DNA of 43,714 nucleotides, taken from IMG/VR virus record IMGVR_UViG_3300048853_000032, positions 1-43,714 of that record. The stretch is one strand, 5' to 3'. Below the pieces are notes generated by a model. The model did not search any database. It was not told the origin of the DNA and saw only the letters and a list, made by a program, of their open reading frames with translations. The translations under genes were made by a program, and so were the position numbers. Position 1 is the first letter of the stretch. The number at the start of each line of letters is the position of its first letter. Below are positions 36,988-43,714 of this stretch, one piece after another. Source of the stretch: a virus. Lineage: Duplodnaviria; Caudoviricetes.

Positions 36988-37419
36988 TTGCATGATGATC
37001 CTCATTTCGTATCTGGTAGGCGGGGATTTCTCGGCTCTCTTATGAGCGGGTCGGTGGCAGCAGCGCTGCCGTCGGAGTATGCAGCCGCCTTACCGGCAGT
37101 TGCCCCAGATGTTCGAGTGGAAATGGAGCACGTCGAAAGACTGTTTCAGGCCTACGAGGAAGCATGGCGGTCGGTCGAGGCCGCGTCGGAGTTCATGGAG
37201 AATCCGACGAAACTCGATGAATACCGGTGGGAGGTCGCCACCAAGCGCGAAGCTGAAGCCTTGTTCGCGCTGCTGTCCTATCAGGACAAGAGCCTCGGCG
37301 CCTTCAAGATCAGGGCCGACTGTATTCAGATGATCATGCAGCACGACAAGCTGCTGCGCGACCTTGGTGAAAATCGAGACGCTTTCGAGGTCTTCGTCAA
37401 CTCCGTCGCTCGCTTCTAA
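36988..37419 (+). CDS. Hypothetical protein with a twin-arginine-like N-terminus
   Basis: SGRRGFLGSLMSGSVAAALP followed by an acidic helical domain. Confidence 0.72.
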   Translation: MHDDPHFVSGRRGFLGSLMSGSVAAALPSEYAAALPAVAPDVRVEMEHVERLFQAYEEAWRSVEAASEFMENPTKLDEYRWEVATKREAEALFALLSYQDKSLGAFKIRADCIQMIMQHDKLLRDLGENRDAFEVFVNSVARF

Positions 37420-37422
37420 CCC

Positions 37423-37467
37423 TGTGCTTTGCAGGGATTTTCATGCGCAGGGATTATCCTGCGCATG
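37423..37467 (+). promoter_or_regulatory. Putative late promoter 5 (tailspike; leaderless)
   Basis: TGTGCT-TTGCAG-N17-GATTAT-N7-ATG. Confidence 0.72.
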
Positions 37468-39831
37468 TCTATCACCTCGCCCGACGAACGCATCTCCACG
37501 TACAACCCCGTTGTCCCTACGACGGAGTTCGCGGCCAACTTTCCTGTTTTCGATAACAGCGATCTTAAGGTGGTTCACGACGGTGTAGAGCGCACCGATT
37601 TTACGGTAACCGCGACCTACATCGACGGCATTTCGACAGACGCGAAGGCTGTCTTCCTTCTCGGCATCACCGGTCATGTTCAGGTGGTTGGTGCGCGCGA
37701 GCCGCATCGGACCAACCGTTTCAAAAACGGTGCACCACTGCCGATACGAGACCAAAATCTTGCACTCGACACTCTCGAGTCCGAAGTGCAGGAATTGGCT
37801 CGGAATATCAGCCGGGCGCCGCTGTCCCCTTACGGCGTGCCGGGGCCACGCTTCCCCATTCCCGAAGGAAGCATGCTGATCGGATGGGACGGCTCTGGTA
37901 ACCTTGAAAACAAGGTCTCCGAGAGTGCAAGTCAGGCCGCCGCGGAGGCCGCCGCAGCGGCAGCATTGGCTGCGGCGAATGCCGGCTTCGTGTTCGACAC
38001 TCACGCTGAGTTCCTGACCGCAAATATCCCGGCAATCCTGATGTTCGTTCAGATCGCTGGCTACCACGCTCCGGGGGACGGCGGCGGACACATGAGAGAG
38101 CGCTCGACAGCGCTCGATATCTTCGCCGAGCAATCTGCCGATGGTTCGTGGTGGGCGCCGTCGGTTCCTCCGTCAGGCAGGATTTCGGTAAAGGCTTTCG
38201 GCGCTCGCGTTGACGGCGCATCCGACGACAGCGCTGCCATCACCAAGGCGCTCCAGTTCAGCTCTGAACATGGTGTCGAGATACATCAGCCGGTCGGCAC
38301 CTCAATGACCGGAGCCGTGATCACGATTCCCGATGGCGCTGCATGGTGTGGCGTCAACTTCATGTCGGTGGTCAAAAAGCTGCCGACATATGCAGGGGCG
38401 ATGCTGAAGTCGGAGAACTTTGATGCCCTTACCGGTACGGGCGACGCGTTCGCCCCTGGCGTACCGGAAACAATTTCAGTCGACCAGATCACCTTTAACG
38501 GCAACTACCAGTCAGAGGATCGATCGATCTATATTCAGTCGTCCGGCGACGGCTGCAAACTGTTTGTCCGTAAGCCCTATTTCCGCGCCCGCATCTTCAA
38601 CATGCAGGGGGAAGGGTTCTTCTGTGAGTGTCCGAATGGAAACGGCCCCACACCGTTGCGGCCGGGGTATTCTCGTCAAGCTCTGATCGATCTGTATATC
38701 CACGGAACCCAGCACGAGGGCATGATCTGGAAGGGGCCTGCTGACGTACGGATGGATCACGTCTTCCAGACCGACGCCGGGTCTCGCATAGCTTCGGAAG
38801 AAGGCAACGGACAAATCCTGTCTCCACGCTACGGGGGCATGCTGTACGGCGTCGTTGTGGATGGGATCGGCGCGGAAATCGGCTTCATCCACTCCTGGGG
38901 GAATCTTGCCGGCAGCGGTATTCGGTGGAATGGAGGGCGCATCAATGGCGATCTCCTAATGGCAGAAACGTGCCGATATGGAGGGATGAAGATTGAAGGC
39001 GCCGCCTACGGCGCGATAAACACGGTCGACGTGCATCGGACCGGAGGCTTCAACGGAGATACCACCCCTGACTTCATCTACGACGGTGCCGGAAACAACA
39101 ATGTAAAGGTCAAGATCAAGTGCCTTTCCCTGTACAGGGCAAACCCCGCATACACGACACCGCGAAACGGTGCTGTGATCACTGGCGACTTTCTCGAGAT
39201 CGGCAACTTCGAGGCCGAGGGCAGCAACACTGCTGGACACGCATTGGTTCTCGAGAACGATACGGCGCAATGGGTCAGTATTAACGGTGGGGATATCAGC
39301 CGCTGGAAGGGCGCGGCGCCCGATGGCCTCGAATCTTCGGCGGTCTATAGAAAGACCGTGGGCAACGGCAGTCTTTTGAACGTCAAGGCAAACGTGCGAG
39401 ATTGCGGGGTAGCACTGCGATCGGCGGGCACGCCGCGCGTGGAAACCATCGACCTTCAGTTCTTCCTAAATGCCGGTCAGCTAGTTTTCGCAGGCGATCT
39501 CAAGACGCAGCCGGGGCAGCGATGGGATATCCGCGGCACGGTCAATAGCGTCTTCGTCGGCTCAAAGAACAAGGGGGTCTCTGTCGCGTTCAACTCAAAC
39601 ACCACGGTCGAACAGGATATAGTAATCCCGCATAGTCTCATGGCCACCCCACCCCTCGGGTCTTTCTGGGTCAATGGCGTTTCTGATACCGGGACAGGCA
39701 TCACAGCAGGCGCTTTCCAGTACGTCTACGCCTACAACGCCGACGCGACGAACATCTATGCGAAAGTGAAACTGTCGACCGCGAATGGAAGCGACACGCA
39801 GCCTCGGCTGAACTGGGGAGCGGAGATTTAG
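37465..39831 (+). CDS. Tailspike/tail fibre with a beta-helix (depolymerase-like) region
   Basis: T7 gp17-like N-terminal anchor; GYHAPGDGGG and SVKAFGARVDGASDDSAAITKAL. Confidence 0.88.
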   Translation: MSITSPDERISTYNPVVPTTEFAANFPVFDNSDLKVVHDGVERTDFTVTATYIDGISTDAKAVFLLGITGHVQVVGAREPHRTNRFKNGAPLPIRDQNLALDTLESEVQELARNISRAPLSPYGVPGPRFPIPEGSMLIGWDGSGNLENKVSESASQAAAEAAAAAALAAANAGFVFDTHAEFLTANIPAILMFVQIAGYHAPGDGGGHMRERSTALDIFAEQSADGSWWAPSVPPSGRISVKAFGARVDGASDDSAAITKALQFSSEHGVEIHQPVGTSMTGAVITIPDGAAWCGVNFMSVVKKLPTYAGAMLKSENFDALTGTGDAFAPGVPETISVDQITFNGNYQSEDRSIYIQSSGDGCKLFVRKPYFRARIFNMQGEGFFCECPNGNGPTPLRPGYSRQALIDLYIHGTQHEGMIWKGPADVRMDHVFQTDAGSRIASEEGNGQILSPRYGGMLYGVVVDGIGAEIGFIHSWGNLAGSGIRWNGGRINGDLLMAETCRYGGMKIEGAAYGAINTVDVHRTGGFNGDTTPDFIYDGAGNNNVKVKIKCLSLYRANPAYTTPRNGAVITGDFLEIGNFEAEGSNTAGHALVLENDTAQWVSINGGDISRWKGAAPDGLESSAVYRKTVGNGSLLNVKANVRDCGVALRSAGTPRVETIDLQFFLNAGQLVFAGDLKTQPGQRWDIRGTVNSVFVGSKNKGVSVAFNSNTTVEQDIVIPHSLMATPPLGSFWVNGVSDTGTGITAGAFQYVYAYNADATNIYAKVKLSTANGSDTQPRLNWGAEI

Positions 39832-39838
39832 TCTTTCG

Positions 39839-40570
39839 TCAGGTACCAGGCGGAACAGATGCGGCTCTGAAGCAGTGGAAGAACCTTGCGACGATCCGCT
39901 CAATGTCGTCTACCAGGTCCTGGTCGAGAGTAAACTGCATCCTCTTCCCGTTGTTGCTGACCATCAAGCGCCCCCAGCCGATAGGGCGCACCTCACGCTG
40001 CTCTCTTCTGTCCATCCATAGGATCTCGGGCAAAAATGGGTCCGCGGCCTCACTGTACTTCGTGGCCCGCTCTTTTTCGTGATCGCCGTGGTGTGCGACA
40101 GCATTCCGCATCAACCGCAAATCGGGCACTCTGTCGCAAATCTCCTTCCGAACGGAAACTGCACTGTCGAGATCGACGCGTCTGCGAAGTTCCCGCGTCT
40201 GCTCTAATGTCGTCGTAACGGCTACGCATGCCTCCCGACAGTTGAAAACAGTAAGGAGCGCATCCTTTGTGGCGACGTGCGCCCAATGCTCCATGGACGA
40301 TCTTAGATCCGCGAGGCCGGTCACTTCCTGGCTGTACTTAAACGGCTCTTCAAATCGGTCGCCTGCAGCAGGCCCCCTCCTGTGCAAGGCAAGCTTGTCT
40401 TCTGTCGCTTGTTCGCCAACGGTTTGTGCATGTCTCAGAAGCTTCAGATCTGATGAGAGGCTCCTAAGCATGTCATGGTTTAATCTTGCTAGCAGGTCTG
40501 AGATGAGCGCCGCCTGATATTTCTCTGTTTCAGGTAGTCCTTCGTTGGATAATATGGGCGAAAACACCAC
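39839..40570 (-). CDS. Hypothetical helical protein with a HEPN-like RxxxxH motif
   Basis: 243 aa; LRLMRNAVAHHGD. Confidence 0.65.
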   Translation of the reverse strand: MVFSPILSNEGLPETEKYQAALISDLLARLNHDMLRSLSSDLKLLRHAQTVGEQATEDKLALHRRGPAAGDRFEEPFKYSQEVTGLADLRSSMEHWAHVATKDALLTVFNCREACVAVTTTLEQTRELRRRVDLDSAVSVRKEICDRVPDLRLMRNAVAHHGDHEKERATKYSEAADPFLPEILWMDRREQREVRPIGWGRLMVSNNGKRMQFTLDQDLVDDIERIVARFFHCFRAASVPPGT

Positions 40571-41425
40571 TCAAACCCTCCTAATCAGCAACTGCGATGC
40601 AATCGCGCGGGGCATAGACATCAAGGTGTGAAGGGGATTTCGCTGCGAGGTTTTCGCGCCTCCTGAATTGGTGCCCCGTTGCGCTCTGATCGCCGCCTCG
40701 TCCAGAATGATTTTCGTGGCGCTCGAAAGATGCGCTGCTGATCCGATGTTCCTTTCTATGCGCGCGAGGGCTCCGGAAACGTCGGTCACATCCACCCCGT
40801 CCATCGCTGCCAGTCCGTGTCTCCACCACTGGAGCTCCAAGAGCTTGCGCCTGATTTCTTCCGGAAACCGCCACTTTATGTGCTTACCCGGGACGCCCCC
40901 AACGATTGAATAGGGTTCGACATCTTTTGTAACCACTGCTCTTGAGGCCACGATCGCGCCGTCTCCGATGGTCACGCCTCGAGAGATTGTGACGCCTTGG
41001 CCGATCCAAACATCGTTCCCAATCCGGATGCGCCCGCCAGATCGCTCAGCCCACGATGCGCGAGCCGACTCAATTAAGCGGCGATTCCTCCCAAAGAAGT
41101 CGCGTGCTTCTTTCGTCGGGAACTGTTTCGTCACGTCGTGCTCAAAAATTACATGCGCGGAAATGTGGTGGCCCGGGTGCTCGACGAGACCGATTTGCGC
41201 GCCGGGGCCGATCATGGAGAAACGCCCAATCTCAGCGACATGGCGTATCACACTGCCTTCTCCCCCCAAGAAGGTATAAGCGCCTATCTCGTCTACATCA
41301 TAAAGGCCAGCTCGGAGCTCAACCGGCTCCTCCACCATAATGCGTGAGCAGCCGAACCGGAGTCGCACATCTCCGACCACACGAATAGCCGGAGAGCTTT
41401 CTGATAGATTTGCTGCAATGGACAT
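40571..41425 (-). CDS. CatB/Vat-related hexapeptide-repeat O-acetyltransferase
   Basis: IGRFSMIG, EHP, IGNDVWIG...GVTIGDGAIVASRAVVTKDVEPYSIVGGVP...RF...LLELQWW; GAGGGG RBS before ATG 41425. Confidence 0.9.
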   Translation of the reverse strand: MSIAANLSESSPAIRVVGDVRLRFGCSRIMVEEPVELRAGLYDVDEIGAYTFLGGEGSVIRHVAEIGRFSMIGPGAQIGLVEHPGHHISAHVIFEHDVTKQFPTKEARDFFGRNRRLIESARASWAERSGGRIRIGNDVWIGQGVTISRGVTIGDGAIVASRAVVTKDVEPYSIVGGVPGKHIKWRFPEEIRRKLLELQWWRHGLAAMDGVDVTDVSGALARIERNIGSAAHLSSATKIILDEAAIRAQRGTNSGGAKTSQRNPLHTLMSMPRAIASQLLIRRV

Positions 41426-41486
41426 GTTTGGCCCCCTCGTTGTGGAATCCACCACGTTTACAACCTAGCGTCAACGGCCTCTGAAG

Positions 41487-41521
41487 TGTGCTTTGCGCCG
41501 TCTCGTCCCTCCGCCGATTAT
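41487..41521 (+). promoter_or_regulatory. Putative late promoter 6 (lysis genes)
   Basis: TGTGCT-TTGCGC-N17-GATTAT. Confidence 0.7.
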
Positions 41522-41549
41522 CCGACCATCTTCTGTAGGGGCGATGGTC

Positions 41550-42371
41550 ATGAGCACTGAGTTTGAGAGGGCGCTGGGGAAAACGCTGATCCACGAGGGC
41601 GGCTACGTCAATCACCCGAAAGACCCAGGCGGCGCGACCAATCAGGGTGTGACGCAGCGCGTGTATGACGACTTCCGCCGGCAGATGAAGCTGACGCCGC
41701 GCCCGGTCAAAGAGATGAACGCCACCGAGCGCGACACGATCTACCGTCAGCGGTATTGGACCCTCATTAAGGGCGATCTTCTGCCCGTCGGCGTTTCCTA
41801 TGTGGTCTTTGACGGCGCCGTGAATTCCGGCGTCTCTCAGTCGGTCAAGTGGCTGCAGCGGGCGCTTGGGGTCAAGGCTGATGGTGTGGTGGGCCCCACC
41901 ACGCTTACTGCCGTGCAGGGCGTCAACGATCACGATGCTCTGATTGCCCGCATCCTCGAGCGGCGCATGATGTTCCTCAAGGCGCTCAAGACGTGGAAGA
42001 CATTCGGGAAGGGCTGGACCCGGCGCGTCGACGGCGTTCTGGCCACCGGCCAGGCATGGGCGGCGGGCTCCGTCGGCCCGGCGATCGATTACGCTCCCGG
42101 CGGCGAGGCGAAGGCCTATGTCGAGGACGCTCAGAAGGCGCCTTCCACCGCACCGGGCGACACGCTAGCCGGTGCCGGCTCTATCGGCGCCATTCTCAGT
42201 CAGGCGCAGCAGGAGCTCGCGCCGTACATCACTATCGATTTCGTCGCCAAGATCTCGGCCGCGCTCACGCTTGCGAGCGTCGTCGTTGCCGTCGGCGGCA
42301 TCGCGTACCGTGTTTGGGCCGCAAAAAAGGGCAAGGCAATCGCTGATGCGATCGACGCGGTGCCAGCATGA
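41550..42371 (+). CDS. Endolysin, glycoside hydrolase family 108, with a C-terminal membrane segment
   Basis: HEGGYVNHPKDPGGATNQGVT, FDGAVNSG, LQRALGVKADGVVGP, FGKGWTRR. Confidence 0.92.
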   Translation: MSTEFERALGKTLIHEGGYVNHPKDPGGATNQGVTQRVYDDFRRQMKLTPRPVKEMNATERDTIYRQRYWTLIKGDLLPVGVSYVVFDGAVNSGVSQSVKWLQRALGVKADGVVGPTTLTAVQGVNDHDALIARILERRMMFLKALKTWKTFGKGWTRRVDGVLATGQAWAAGSVGPAIDYAPGGEAKAYVEDAQKAPSTAPGDTLAGAGSIGAILSQAQQELAPYITIDFVAKISAALTLASVVVAVGGIAYRVWAAKKGKAIADAIDAVPA

Positions 42372-42619
42372 TCGGGCGCTATTTCGCGGCAGCAATCACC
42401 GCCGTGATGATCGCTGTAGCTGCAATCGCTTACATCAAAGGCCGCACCGATGGCCGTGTCGAGCAACTGCGGGATAGCGTCGATGCATTCCAGAACAGGG
42501 GCAAGATCGACAATGAAACGACCGCTCTCAATCGCAGCGCTGTTTGTCGTCGCCTTGGCGGGGTGCCAGAGCAATGCGACGAACTGCGCCGGATGGACGA
42601 AGCCGCCGCGGGTGAATGA
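42368..42619 (+). CDS. Putative i-spanin (Rz-like)
   Basis: N-terminal TM helix, periplasmic helix with two Cys; overlapped by a lipoprotein gene. Confidence 0.72.
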   Translation: MIGRYFAAAITAVMIAVAAIAYIKGRTDGRVEQLRDSVDAFQNRGKIDNETTALNRSAVCRRLGGVPEQCDELRRMDEAAAGE

Positions 42620-42710
42620 TCCCGTCGCCCTCGTCGCAAAGGAAGAACAATTGGCCCGCTGGGTCGTATCGACGGACGCCTTCGGCAAACGTCAGAACTG
42701 CTGGAAGTAG
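42513..42710 (+). CDS. Putative o-spanin (Rz1-like lipoprotein)
   Basis: MKRPLSIAALFVVALAGC lipobox; overlaps the i-spanin in another frame. Confidence 0.78.
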   Translation: MKRPLSIAALFVVALAGCQSNATNCAGWTKPPRVNDPVALVAKEEQLARWVVSTDAFGKRQNCWK

Positions 42711-42721
42711 CGCGAAACGAG

Positions 42722-43204
42722 ATGGCAGATGTGGACGCCAGGCCTGCGGCGAAAGAGGCACGATCGATGGCTATCAACTGGTCAAATGTCAACGTTCCAA
42801 CCATCATCGCCGTCGGCACCCTGTTTTGGTACATGGCGCAGGATAACGCGAACATCAAAAGCCAGCTCTCCGAGCAGGAGCGTTATGCTGTCATTCGCAG
42901 CCAATCGACCGACAAGAACTTTGCTGACCTGAATGCGCAGGTGAAGCAGATGCAGGATCTGCCCTTCCGCATGGGCGCCCAGGAGGCGAAGACAGCCGCG
43001 CTGTGGGATCGGGTCGACCGCCTGGCAGATGCCATTCTGTCCAATCAAGAAGCGCTCCGGAAAGACTTTAATTCGGCCGTCGACGTGATCCGAAAAGACT
43101 TCTCGGGCCTCAGCACGAAGGTCGAAGTTCTCGACAGTAAGATGGATTCCATCATCGATAAGCCGCGGCAAGGCGCGTTTCTGCCTGTGCCGCCCCGCCT
43201 GTGA
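42722..43204 (+). CDS. Single-TM coiled-coil protein (lysis-associated hypothetical)
   Basis: PTIIAVGTLFWYMA followed by a coiled coil; start may be downstream of 42722. Confidence 0.7.
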   Translation: MADVDARPAAKEARSMAINWSNVNVPTIIAVGTLFWYMAQDNANIKSQLSEQERYAVIRSQSTDKNFADLNAQVKQMQDLPFRMGAQEAKTAALWDRVDRLADAILSNQEALRKDFNSAVDVIRKDFSGLSTKVEVLDSKMDSIIDKPRQGAFLPVPPRL

Positions 43205-43211
43205 GGTTGTC

Positions 43212-43622
43212 ATGACGAAGGTAACAGCGCTCACCGAAATCGACAGCGTTGCCGACGAGGACGTTCTTTACATTTGGGACGCCAGCACACCGGCGGCGCC
43301 AGATAAGAAGGTACCCTTCTCGAAGATCCGGCCGCCGGGCGTCAGGATTACCAACAATCTTCGCTACGAGGGGAACGTCAATATTCCTGCGCTAGCGGCC
43401 GGCGTCGAGGGAGACGCTACCATTGTCATTGCGGGCGCGGCTGTCGGTGATCATCTGGTTTTCAATCTCGCCGCAGCGCTGCCGGGAAATATCGCCGTGC
43501 TTCACGCCTGGGTGTCCGCTGCCGATACAGCGACCGTTCGCTTCCGAAACACGCATGCATCAGCCGCCTATGCGGGCGCCGCTATCGCGTGCGTTGCGCT
43601 CGCCAGCCGCAGCACGGCCTAA
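43212..43622 (+). CDS. Beta-rich hypothetical protein, possibly structural
   Basis: 136 aa; GAGG RBS; last gene before attP. Confidence 0.75.
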   Translation: MTKVTALTEIDSVADEDVLYIWDASTPAAPDKKVPFSKIRPPGVRITNNLRYEGNVNIPALAAGVEGDATIVIAGAAVGDHLVFNLAAALPGNIAVLHAWVSAADTATVRFRNTHASAAYAGAAIACVALASRSTA

Positions 43623-43714
43623 CGCGTTCCCCACGATATTCGCCGAACTGGGAAACGCGGGGAACGTCCCGACACGATTTCAAACACTTGACCCAAATTC
43701 CTAATCTGGGGGTC
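43588..43714 (+). repeat. 127-bp terminal direct repeat, right copy
   Basis: Identical to 1-127. Confidence 0.97.

Larger units (their letters stand above)
1..43714. mobile_element. Complete temperate podovirus-type phage genome (excised, circular form)
   Basis: Integration, immunity, replication, packaging, short-tail and lysis modules are all present; the ends overlap by 127 bp; attP is intact. Confidence 0.96.

Noticed and set aside
37465-39831. Diversity-generating retroelement or invertible tail-fibre system
   Set aside because: I saw no reverse transcriptase, invertase or duplicated variable-region repeat.
40571-41425. Chloramphenicol or streptogramin resistance gene (catB/vat)
   Set aside because: The fold is shared with many sugar O-acetyltransferases; the substrate cannot be assigned from motifs.
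43588-43714. 127-bp end repeat as a biological terminal repeat or attL/attR
   Set aside because: 127 is a common assembler k-mer, and the repeat cuts through a gene and mid-attP; it is best read as a circular overlap.

Overview
This window is a complete, circularly permuted 43,587-bp temperate podovirus-type phage genome. Bases 1-127 are repeated exactly at 43588-43714, most likely an assembly overlap. The host is probably an alphaproteobacterium, judged from the GcrA homologue and high GC. An intact attP (3' half of tRNA-Arg(CCT) with IHF and arm-like sites) shows the excised form. Gene order: integrase/xis; a leftward early operon with a RecE-like exonuclease, a RlmN/Cfr-family radical SAM enzyme and a Sak4-like ATPase; a cI/cro switch; a rightward operon with RusA, GcrA, a methyltransferase and replication genes; a leftward accessory operon (KlcB-like) with repeated leaders; terminase, portal, capsid, short-tail and ejection genes; a divergent Arc pair; a tailspike; a reverse-strand moron (hexapeptide acetyltransferase plus HEPN-motif protein); and lysis genes. 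The strongest leads are the phage RlmN/Cfr-like enzyme with its catalytic motifs intact, the acetyltransferase-HEPN pair, a six-copy late promoter motif (TGTGCT-TTGnnn-N17/18-nAnnnT), and a repeat-bracketed nucleotidyltransferase-like domain. All family calls come from motif recognition by eye; no database search was run.
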